Source: Bacteroidales bacterium (lineage in GTDB: Bacteria > Bacteroidota > Bacteroidia > Bacteroidales > UBA12077). Taken from it: DNA of 36,415 nt. The position numbers and the translations under genes are program-made. Location of the stretch: NCBI GenBank assembly GCA_030156305.1, contig JASGMZ010000003.1:1-36415 (forward strand), written 5' to 3'. Positions 24,996-33,248 of the stretch are shown piece after piece. The stretch's first letter is position 1; each line of letters opens with the position of its first letter. Below the pieces are notes generated by a model, which did not search any database, was not told where the DNA came from, and saw nothing but the letters and a program-made list of their open reading frames with translations.

Positions 24996-26640
24996 TTGTA
25001 TTTATTAAAGCATCAACATCAATGCTTAAATTAAAATCTACAGTATAATAATCGTAAAATTTTACCGAAATATCGTTATCAAATGCTGATGTTTTAAGTC
25101 CGGCTTTAATATACGCAAATCGAACAACTTCAAGTTTTTCAATATCCTGTTTCAGATATTCAACAACGGATATTTTTCTTGTAGGATAGGTTACTTTATA
25201 ATCTGAGTCAAGCTGCCCTGCAACAATCACCGGTTGTGTTCCCGGATCGAAAAGGGTATCTACCGGATGGTATGATTCATCCAGGAAGTATAGCTGAAAA
25301 TCAATATCCACAGGAAGCCCGTTAAAAACCTGAAGCACTAAATTAATTTTTTCAATCATTTCGGCATCCTCATTTATATCACTAAGATCCATCTCAATGG
25401 TGTCTTCTAATGCTATATTGTTGGCTTTAAACCAAAGAGGAAGGATAAATTCTAAGTCTACCTCTATTTTACTTTCTTTTGTAACAAAATTATAAGCTCC
25501 ACCAGGGCCATCAGGATTTGATGTAGCATTCATGTTGTATTGAAGATAAGTTGGCAAAAAGGCTAAAAACGCTGAAATATTGGAGTTGTCTCTATTGATT
25601 GATATGGTGGTATCTTGTGTTTCTCCATACTCATCTAATCGAGGGAAAGCATAATACGAGGGATTTATTTCGGGTTCCAGATTTAGGGTGATCGAATCAT
25701 TTTCATTTTTAAATCCGGAGAATCTTTCAATATTTATTTCTGCAGGTACTCCAAACGAATTATGAATATTGAAGTTTATTTGTGGATCTTCAAATTCAAT
25801 ATAACCATCACTTAATGATTCGAAAAAGTTTAGTTCTAAGTCTCCGGCTTCTGACATTAATTCGTAATTCCCAACATATCCAAAAATGGCGTTAAAGTCT
25901 ATATTGGTAAGTGTAAGTATTATTTCTACCTGGTCACCTGAATTTACTCCGGCTCCTGAATTGTATAATTCAAGGGTGAAATCCATTGGTAAAAAAGTTG
26001 TGTCGGTAACCGTTGTATCCATAAATTCAATAACATAATCGTTTAAGGAGAATGTTTGGTTTGTCGTAAAGGTTCCACTGCCATCATTAATGAGAATCGT
26101 ATCATGATACGATTGATTATTTTTTCGAATATAATCGCTTGTGATAATTAACATACCCGTGTGCTGGAAGGTTGAATTTATCTGCAGATTAAGGTCTGCT
26201 GTATTAATATAAATACTATCAGGATCTTCGTTGTTCGAGAAATTAAATTTATAATACTCTGTTCTTTCGACAACTACGGTGTCATCCCAACTTGCATAGG
26301 GAGGAAAATCTTCATCCGATTCAATGAAATACTCAGGGAAATTTTGGTCAGGGATATCGATTAGTTCATCTGCGAGGAATGAAAAAAGCGAATCTTCATA
26401 GGTTATAAAAAGTAAGCCCTCTTCATCAGCATCAATATAGCTTGTGCTATCGAACTCACTTATGATATCATCAAGTGAGAGAGAGCCATAAGCTAATGGA
26501 GTAAGCAGGCTCATATTGATTTCCATTTCATCACTTAGTTTATCAAATTCATATTCATCGTGCATACATTGCGAAAAGGTAAATATAAACGCTAAAGCGA
26601 TGAAAATATTTTTTTCTGAATGTTTTTTTAAATGCCTCAT
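24985..26640 (-). CDS. Uncharacterised acidic lipoprotein (predicted, possibly surface-exposed)
   Basis: Positively charged n-region, hydrophobic core NIFIALAFIFTF, then SQC (Cys25) followed by MHDEYEFDKLSDE. The 551-aa protein is very D/E/N-rich and has no motif I recognise. Confidence 0.75.
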   Translation of the reverse strand: MRHLKKHSEKNIFIALAFIFTFSQCMHDEYEFDKLSDEMEINMSLLTPLAYGSLSLDDIISEFDSTSYIDADEEGLLFITYEDSLFSFLADELIDIPDQNFPEYFIESDEDFPPYASWDDTVVVERTEYYKFNFSNNEDPDSIYINTADLNLQINSTFQHTGMLIITSDYIRKNNQSYHDTILINDGSGTFTTNQTFSLNDYVIEFMDTTVTDTTFLPMDFTLELYNSGAGVNSGDQVEIILTLTNIDFNAIFGYVGNYELMSEAGDLELNFFESLSDGYIEFEDPQINFNIHNSFGVPAEINIERFSGFKNENDSITLNLEPEINPSYYAFPRLDEYGETQDTTISINRDNSNISAFLAFLPTYLQYNMNATSNPDGPGGAYNFVTKESKIEVDLEFILPLWFKANNIALEDTIEMDLSDINEDAEMIEKINLVLQVFNGLPVDIDFQLYFLDESYHPVDTLFDPGTQPVIVAGQLDSDYKVTYPTRKISVVEYLKQDIEKLEVVRFAYIKAGLKTSAFDNDISVKFYDYYTVDFNLSIDVDALINTNDL

Positions 26641-26664
26641 AGCTTTATCTTTAAAATTAGTAAT

Positions 26665-29430
26665 CTAATTTACGGAATAATTATATAAAAAGTTATATTT
26701 AGAACCAACAATTAAATTAAACTGATTATGAGAACTTCCTAAGTAACCAATACTAAAGGGTGTGCTGCCTTTTAATGGGAAACCTTTGTAAATATTTCCA
26801 TTACTATTAAATAAATAAATTTGTCCGGAAGATTTTGTAACGATCCCGAGTTTCCGGTCATCATACGAAAAATAGTAATAAACCGGAGGATAGGTTATTT
26901 CTTCATTAAAAGTGTAATCAAAAATTTTATCACCATTTTTTTTGAATACTTCCAATTTATTTTTGTCAGCAAAAATATAATCTTTATATCCATCGGCGTC
27001 AATGTCTTGATAATCGAAGAAATGATCAGTTGAATATTTTTTAATTCTTTTTTCGGTAACCTGTCCATTAAGGCCAATCATCTTAATCATTCCTGTTTTA
27101 TCTGTAGTAACAAAATGAGTGTTTGTATTATTGTCGGCAGGCTCTAAGATAAATGAGTTGTTTTTCGACCTGGCAAACTGATGATTAACCCGGATTCGTT
27201 CCTGCCCTCTTCGATTGAGGATATAAATGCGATATTCATCGGCAAAAAGAATATAATCGTGAGTTTTTACTCTAAAATGTTGAACAGGCGTATTTACATG
27301 GGTATCGGTTTGTTGGAATTCCCATCCGTTGATTAAATTACCGTCTAATCCATAGAGGTAAACATTTTTATTTTCGCAGGGTACAATAATTCTATAATCT
27401 AAGTTTTTATCATAATCAAAAAGGGCAATACCTGCTGTTGAGGGAGACCTTAGATCTACGGGGTAGCGTTCTACATAATTCCCATTACGGTCGATTAAGT
27501 GAATTTTATCTTTCGTGCTAAAAAGTAATTGTAATTTACCATTTTTGTAATAATCGACCTGATAGACCTCGCTGTTAATTTTTTCGTTAAGCTGCATACG
27601 CCATAAAATCCTTCCTACTTTGTTTATCAGGTATATTTTATGATTTAAATCCTGAACAAATATTTCATTTTCCCGGGTATAATGATTGGTTACCAAACAG
27701 GGTTTAAAATTCATTGCAGTATCAAGCCGGCTTTCCCATACGGTAATGGCGTCATCCTTTATTTCGGGAATATACTTTAAGTATATATTATTAAATATCA
27801 TGTTGTTGTTATTCCTAAATTGTACGGCAAAAGCCTGAAATTTACGCAGCAAGTCAATATTGTCCTTTAATCCTGATTGTAAGTTATTATTTAAAAATTC
27901 AGCAACAAATTCGGGCGATCGGGATAGGTTGGTGTAAAAGTAAAAATTAGATTTGGATGAGAGATAATCTGTAAACTGGCTAAATTTCATGTCATTTTTT
28001 AATGTTTTGTGTAAAATGTTTGAATGAATAAAATTAATTAGAGATTCTTGAGAATTTCCCACTACCATAAAATTGTCGATAAATGTAAGATATGGATTAT
28101 CGAATCCAGCATAAATATCACCAAAAAAAGTTTTAAAAAGCCCTTCTACAGGTAAATTATATGTTTTATAAATGGTTTCTTTATCTATTCTTGCATCAAA
28201 AATAAGTTCTGATTTTTTTATTTTTTCTATCCCCGCAATTTTCGATAAAATTTGCTGCAGTTCATTTTCAAAAAGGCTTTTACTCTTTGTCCTCATAATA
28301 ATATATGAGTTTTGTTTTGTATTTTGATTTGGATTGTCGGTAATTACAAGCCCTATCTCTTCTTCGAGGTTATTTTGAATTAACGTTTCAAAATTTACAG
28401 CAAATTTTTGCTGATAATTTTGGATAAAATTATTGTACTCGTTTAGTTTATTTTTTTGGCTAAGATAGTTTTTATATTGCTTAAAATATCGTTCATTATC
28501 GCTTATGCCCAACGCAATAAAAACAGATGTATTTGCAGGGAGAACCTGGTTTAGCTTATGCTCAACAGCCTCCTGCTGCGAAAATATATTGAGGTAATTA
28601 TTAACAGATTGATCGCTAAATGTAAATCCGTTCAGCAAAACAGCATCATTTTTTAAATTTACATCCAACTCCATCCAGTTGCCTAAGTTTGTAAAATTGG
28701 CGATTTTACTTTTATATTTATCATTTAAAGTATAAGAAATAATCTCAGGGAAGTGCGAAAGGTTAATATAAATATTGGCATCTACATTTTTTCCGGCTGT
28801 TTTCTGAACCGTATTAAAACCGCTATTATTTAAAATTGATTCGTTAACAACTTCAGATTGTCTAATAGCTGATTCTAAAAGTATAGCCGAAGGGCTAAAA
28901 AGTAGCATTCCATGATTAAATGAAAAATACAATTCTCTATTATTGGTATTTATCAGGTAAATCCAATTATTATTATATTCACGTTTTTTTAACTTTCCCT
29001 GATGCTTAAGTAGATTTTCTATGGATTGAATAATTATTTTTTGATCACGAAAAGTATTCATGTGCATTAAAAAAAGAAAAGCAATATTTTCTTTACCGGA
29101 ACGATGTGCTGAAATAATTATACGATTATCATCCATGAGTTCTTTAATGAATTTATTATCGTCATATAGCTTTATTAGGTAAGATAAGCTTTCGTTAAAG
29201 CGATTTACTTTTTCTAATTGGTTTAATTCCTTATAAATTTTATTGTTTTTGCTTAATGAATTAATCTTTTCAATAAAATTTTCACTATCGATAATAAATG
29301 CAGCATCAAGCGGGATAGCTTTCAGCATATTAAAAGCCGGGATGCGCTGGCTTTTAATATATCTATAGCCAAAAAAACCTGCGGCAATAATGATAATTAG
29401 CGATGCAATGGTTAAAATTTTCTTTAACAT
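26665..29430 (-). CDS. Uncharacterised membrane-anchored protein: N-terminal TM helix, about 550 aa unknown region, C-terminal about 7-bladed beta-propeller
   Basis: TM helix ILTIASLIIIIAAGFFGY. Seven repeats of the pattern hYhhxxxGxhh: IYLINKVGRILW, IHLIDRNGNYV, VYLYGLDGNLINGW, IYILNRRGQERI, IKMIGLNGQV, LEVFKKNGDKIF, IYLFNSNGNIYKGF. Also an FG-GAP-like DIDADGYKDYIF. Confidence 0.8.
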   Translation of the reverse strand: MLKKILTIASLIIIIAAGFFGYRYIKSQRIPAFNMLKAIPLDAAFIIDSENFIEKINSLSKNNKIYKELNQLEKVNRFNESLSYLIKLYDDNKFIKELMDDNRIIISAHRSGKENIAFLFLMHMNTFRDQKIIIQSIENLLKHQGKLKKREYNNNWIYLINTNNRELYFSFNHGMLLFSPSAILLESAIRQSEVVNESILNNSGFNTVQKTAGKNVDANIYINLSHFPEIISYTLNDKYKSKIANFTNLGNWMELDVNLKNDAVLLNGFTFSDQSVNNYLNIFSQQEAVEHKLNQVLPANTSVFIALGISDNERYFKQYKNYLSQKNKLNEYNNFIQNYQQKFAVNFETLIQNNLEEEIGLVITDNPNQNTKQNSYIIMRTKSKSLFENELQQILSKIAGIEKIKKSELIFDARIDKETIYKTYNLPVEGLFKTFFGDIYAGFDNPYLTFIDNFMVVGNSQESLINFIHSNILHKTLKNDMKFSQFTDYLSSKSNFYFYTNLSRSPEFVAEFLNNNLQSGLKDNIDLLRKFQAFAVQFRNNNNMIFNNIYLKYIPEIKDDAITVWESRLDTAMNFKPCLVTNHYTRENEIFVQDLNHKIYLINKVGRILWRMQLNEKINSEVYQVDYYKNGKLQLLFSTKDKIHLIDRNGNYVERYPVDLRSPSTAGIALFDYDKNLDYRIIVPCENKNVYLYGLDGNLINGWEFQQTDTHVNTPVQHFRVKTHDYILFADEYRIYILNRRGQERIRVNHQFARSKNNSFILEPADNNTNTHFVTTDKTGMIKMIGLNGQVTEKRIKKYSTDHFFDYQDIDADGYKDYIFADKNKLEVFKKNGDKIFDYTFNEEITYPPVYYYFSYDDRKLGIVTKSSGQIYLFNSNGNIYKGFPLKGSTPFSIGYLGSSHNQFNLIVGSKYNFLYNYSVN

Positions 29431-29462
29431 AAGTGTATGAATCTTTTTAGAAGATTTCGTTT

Positions 29463-29470
29463 CAAAAATA
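29463..29470 (-). promoter_or_regulatory. Candidate -7 promoter box (TATTTTTG on minus strand) for the 921-aa gene and its operon
   Basis: Plus-strand CAAAAATA equals TAnnTTTG on the minus strand, 33 nt upstream of the ATG at 29430. Confidence 0.4.
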
Positions 29471-29557
29471 TTAAATATAAATTGATAATTATAACCATAT
29501 CATAACAAACATACTTAAATTTATTTAAACCTGATGGGTTTTATACAATCTAACTAA

Positions 29558-29565
29558 TAACTTTG
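29558..29565 (+). promoter_or_regulatory. Candidate -7 promoter box (TAACTTTG) for the TonB-dependent receptor gene
   Basis: Matches TAnnTTTG 26 nt upstream of ATG 29591. Confidence 0.4.
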
Positions 29566-29590
29566 CCAATTTTTAAAACTATTAATTAGG

Positions 29591-32014
29591 ATGATGTGGA
29601 AATTTAAAAATCATAAACTTTTCATTGTTTTTGTTTTATTTATTAATGGAATGTCTCTTTTTGCTCAGGAGTTACAAGTTAAAGATTTAGAAATACAAAA
29701 ACCTATCGAAGGTGTAGCTGTTTTTAACCAATCGAAACAAAAATCGGGTTTAACCAATAAAAATGGAATAGTTAACCTTGATATTTTTGAACCGACGGAA
29801 CGTATTTTTTTTCAACATCCCTCTTATAAATCAGCAGCCTATACAAAACAGGAAGTTCAGCAGATGGGTTTTGTCGTTTATTTGGAAAGTGAAGTCTATA
29901 CCATGGATGAATTTGTAATTTCTGCTTACCGTTGGGAGCAAAATTCTAAGGAAATACCGAATAAAATTACCCGGATACAAAAAAAAGAGATTGTATTCAA
30001 TAATCCGCAAACTACCGCAGATTTGTTATCACAAACCAACGAGGTGTTTGTGCAAAAAAGCCAGTTGGGTGGTGGCAGCCCTATGATTCGTGGTTTTGCA
30101 ACCAATTCGGTGTTGCTGGTTGTGGATGGTGTACGAATGAATAATGCTATTTATCGCGAAGGGAATTTACAAAATGTGATATCGCTCGATGCCAATGCCA
30201 TTGAAAGTAGTGAAATAATTTTTGGCCCGGGTTCAGTAACATATGGTAGTGATGCATTGGGTGGCGTGATGGATTTTCATACCTTAAAAGCGAAATTATC
30301 TACCGATACAAAGATGCAGGTTTCAGGTAACGCCATGACTCGTTACTCATCGGCCAATAACGAAAAAACAGGACATATCGATTTTAATATCGGGGCCCCT
30401 GAATGGGGCTTTTTATCAAGTATCACTTACAGCGATTATGGTGATTTGAGAATGGGCAGCCGCCATCATTCCGAATACCAAAGGCCAGAATATGTTGAGC
30501 GAATAAACGGAACAGACGCTGTAATTCAGAATAGTAATCCGAACTTGCAGGTGCCTACAGGATATAACCAGATCAACCTGATGCAAAAAATACGCTTCAG
30601 GCCTTCTGAAAACCTGGATATGAATTATGAATTTCATTATTCCAAACTATCAGATGTTCCCCGATACGACCGGTTAATTGAATATAGTGGGGAAAGATTG
30701 AAGTATGGACAATGGTATTACGGGCCTCAAATTTGGATGATGCATGCCTTAAATGTTAACTACCGGAAAGCAAATACATTTTTTGATGACGCAAAACTTA
30801 CCCTGGCATTCCAGGATTATGAAGAAAGCCGGCATGACCGGAAATTCGGCAAAGAAAGTTTGCGGCAACGAACCGAAAAGGTGAAAGCCTACTCGTTAAA
30901 TTTGGATTTTGATAAAAATCTGAACCGCGATAACGAATTGTATTATGGCGTTGAAGCGGTTTATAATTCAGTAAATTCAACAGCGCACAGTAAAAATATT
31001 CTTACTGGTGAATTATTCCCGGAATCGACCCGTTATCCTGACCGGATAAATGATTATACCACATTGGCAGCTTATGCAGGATATAAAGAAAATTTTAGCG
31101 AAAGATGGACCGCAATTTCAGGAATTCGGTTCAACTATACCCGTATTTATTCCACACTAAACGATACTACCTTTTTTAATTTTCCGTACGATAATATTTC
31201 TGTTAGCAATAGTGCATTTAATGGTTCTGTGGGATTGGTGTACCGTCCGGAAAAGTCGTGGCAGGTAAATCTTAATTTGTCCACCGGTTTTCATGCCCCC
31301 AATATTGATGATATTGCCAAAGTTTTTGACTCAGAACCCGGAAGCGTGGTTGTCCCGAATGAAAATTTAGAACCTGAATATGCCTATAATGCCGATTTGG
31401 GCATAAAAAAAGAATTTGGGCGTATGGCTGCTTTTAGTATTACCGGATTTTATACTTACCTGACGAACGCAATGGTGCGCCGTGACTTTACCTTTAACGG
31501 CCAGGATTCGATTCTGTACGATGGGGAAATGAGCAAAGTGCTGGCTATTGTTAATGCCGACAAAGCATATATTTATGGTTTGAGTGCTTCGGCAGAAATA
31601 CAATTGCCATATCAATTACATCTAAAATCGGTACTAAACTATACTTACGGTGAGGATCAGGATGGAATTCCCTTGCGGCATGTAGCCCCTCTTTTTGGAA
31701 GTACCCGGTTAAATTATAAACAAAAAAAATTACAAATCTCTCTTTATGCCGATTATAACGGAGAGATTGCTTACGAAGATATGGCCCCTGGCGAGCAGGA
31801 GAAGAACCATATATATGCAACCGATAGTAATGGAAATCCTTATTCACCATCCTGGTGGACATTAAATGTAAAAGGATTATATCGGGTTAAAAATTGGGGA
31901 ACGCTGAATTTTGGCATAGAGAATATATTAGATGTACGTTATCGCCCGTATTCATCCGGCATTGTTGCTCCGGGCAGAAATTTTATTGTTGGAATTCGTT
32001 TGAATCTTCAATAA
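29591..32014 (+). CDS. TonB-dependent outer-membrane receptor with an N-terminal carboxypeptidase-regulatory-like domain
   Basis: Signal peptide. N-terminal domain LQVKDLEIQKPIEGVAVF...TNKNGIVNLD. Plug motifs TADLLSQTNEVFVQKSQLGGGSPMIRGF and VVDGVRMNNAIY. The barrel is about 600 aa. Confidence 0.9.
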   Translation: MMWKFKNHKLFIVFVLFINGMSLFAQELQVKDLEIQKPIEGVAVFNQSKQKSGLTNKNGIVNLDIFEPTERIFFQHPSYKSAAYTKQEVQQMGFVVYLESEVYTMDEFVISAYRWEQNSKEIPNKITRIQKKEIVFNNPQTTADLLSQTNEVFVQKSQLGGGSPMIRGFATNSVLLVVDGVRMNNAIYREGNLQNVISLDANAIESSEIIFGPGSVTYGSDALGGVMDFHTLKAKLSTDTKMQVSGNAMTRYSSANNEKTGHIDFNIGAPEWGFLSSITYSDYGDLRMGSRHHSEYQRPEYVERINGTDAVIQNSNPNLQVPTGYNQINLMQKIRFRPSENLDMNYEFHYSKLSDVPRYDRLIEYSGERLKYGQWYYGPQIWMMHALNVNYRKANTFFDDAKLTLAFQDYEESRHDRKFGKESLRQRTEKVKAYSLNLDFDKNLNRDNELYYGVEAVYNSVNSTAHSKNILTGELFPESTRYPDRINDYTTLAAYAGYKENFSERWTAISGIRFNYTRIYSTLNDTTFFNFPYDNISVSNSAFNGSVGLVYRPEKSWQVNLNLSTGFHAPNIDDIAKVFDSEPGSVVVPNENLEPEYAYNADLGIKKEFGRMAAFSITGFYTYLTNAMVRRDFTFNGQDSILYDGEMSKVLAIVNADKAYIYGLSASAEIQLPYQLHLKSVLNYTYGEDQDGIPLRHVAPLFGSTRLNYKQKKLQISLYADYNGEIAYEDMAPGEQEKNHIYATDSNGNPYSPSWWTLNVKGLYRVKNWGTLNFGIENILDVRYRPYSSGIVAPGRNFIVGIRLNLQ

Positions 32015-32049
32015 TGAAATTATTTTGGCTCAAAGATTGTAAAGGAATA

Positions 32050-32090
32050 TTCAATGCATGATTTATGGATCAAATTAATTATGCATTGAA
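32050..32090 (+). repeat. 10-bp perfect inverted repeat TTCAATGCAT-N21-ATGCATTGAA; possible weak terminator or regulatory element after the receptor gene
   Basis: The arms at 32050-32059 and 32081-32090 are exact reverse complements. The element is flanked by two copies of the palindromic octamer GAATATTC (32045-32052 and 32111-32118). No T-tract follows on the plus strand. Confidence 0.35.
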
Positions 32091-32103
32091 AAAAATTTAT
32101 TGG

Positions 32104-32111
32104 TATTTTTG
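32104..32111 (+). promoter_or_regulatory. Candidate -7 promoter box (TATTTTTG) for the 349-aa gene
   Basis: Matches TAnnTTTG 27 nt upstream of ATG 32139. Confidence 0.4.
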
Positions 32112-32138
32112 AATATTCTTACAACGAATAGATAGATT

Positions 32139-33188
32139 ATGAACCGTATATTTCTGCTTACATTGTTCATATTAATTTGTTCCGGGATTTTTTCCCAGGA
32201 AACAAAAACCGAAATCATCAATCAGGATAAAACAAATTATGAAAAAAATGTTTTTGATAAAGCCTTTGAGGAGATTAACGATAGCCTGAACTACCGTAAA
32301 AGGTACGACTTAATACCTGAGCAACTGCCCGATTGGTTTTTCCCGGCAATACAAAATACTACTCCTGTTGAAATTATTGGTGTTTCCGATCCCGGAATGG
32401 AATGGGAAGAAGCAAAAAAGCAGGCTGAGTTAAGAGCTTTGGCACTTTTTGCGATTATCCATTCTTCTACTGTAAGTAATATTACCGATGATTATACCAA
32501 CCTGCGTGAAGGAGACGGATATGCTTTATACTCAACTAAATTTCAGGATTTTGTATTAACAAAATCAAAAATAGTATGCGATTTATCGGCTATCGAGGTG
32601 GTTGATACTTTTTTTACCAAGTATAATGAAGCTATTGTTAAAATCAGAATCAATAACAATTTTCAATCGCTGTCAGCCAAAGATACAATTTATGCTACCG
32701 GAGAACATTTGCAGGTTTTTGTTGAACGCAATTTTAAGAGTGAAAAACTCGAGTTTTTTGATTTTATCATTAACAGCCAAACGGATAATGATTCTGGTTC
32801 ATTGAATCTTCAATACAGTTTTAAACAGGCATACAGAAGTTATGAAATTACTTCGTTTGTTGGACAAGATACTATTGATTTTGAGCCCAGAACCTACAAC
32901 TACCGAACAGAATTTGAGTTTAAGAAAGACAGTACTGATTTGGAATTCAAATATTTCGGATTAAATAAAGGCCTTTGGAATGCTTATATAACCGGGGTAT
33001 TATCTAATATCACCTGGTTGTCAAAACGACTTTCCGGAGCCGTAAAAAACTCCAATGATTTTTATACCTTAAAAAGTGAGATGTTCGTCCGGACGGTGTC
33101 GAAAAACAATATTTTCTTTGAATTGCAAGGCTTTAAGATGATTGAAAACGATCTGTACCTGGATTTTACAGGTAAAACTAATCAATAG
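32139..33188 (+). CDS. Hypothetical secreted or lipid-anchored protein
   Basis: N-terminal signal MNRIFLLTLFILICSGIFSQE. The 349-aa protein has no recognisable catalytic motif. The helical segment EEAKKQAELRALALFAIIH is followed by strand-rich sequence. Confidence 0.7.
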   Translation: MNRIFLLTLFILICSGIFSQETKTEIINQDKTNYEKNVFDKAFEEINDSLNYRKRYDLIPEQLPDWFFPAIQNTTPVEIIGVSDPGMEWEEAKKQAELRALALFAIIHSSTVSNITDDYTNLREGDGYALYSTKFQDFVLTKSKIVCDLSAIEVVDTFFTKYNEAIVKIRINNNFQSLSAKDTIYATGEHLQVFVERNFKSEKLEFFDFIINSQTDNDSGSLNLQYSFKQAYRSYEITSFVGQDTIDFEPRTYNYRTEFEFKKDSTDLEFKYFGLNKGLWNAYITGVLSNITWLSKRLSGAVKNSNDFYTLKSEMFVRTVSKNNIFFELQGFKMIENDLYLDFTGKTNQ

Positions 33189-33190
33189 CT

Positions 33191-33198
33191 TATATTTG
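33191..33198 (+). promoter_or_regulatory. Candidate -7 promoter box (TATATTTG) for the Na/Pi cotransporter gene
   Basis: Matches TAnnTTTG 50 nt upstream of ATG 33249. Confidence 0.35.
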
Positions 33199-33248
33199 TA
33201 TTGGATAGTATAGATTTATTTAATTGTTGTTCAGGTAGGATTTAAAAG

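Noticed and set aside
30536-31300. Heme-receptor signature. An NPNL box (N316-L319, nt 30536-30547) and an FRAP-like FHAP (nt 31289-31300) in the TonB-dependent receptor suggested an HmuR/HemR-type heme transporter.
   Set aside because: In genuine heme receptors FRAP precedes NPNL by only about 30 residues, with a conserved His between them. Here the order is reversed and the motifs are about 250 residues apart, so the matches are probably coincidental.
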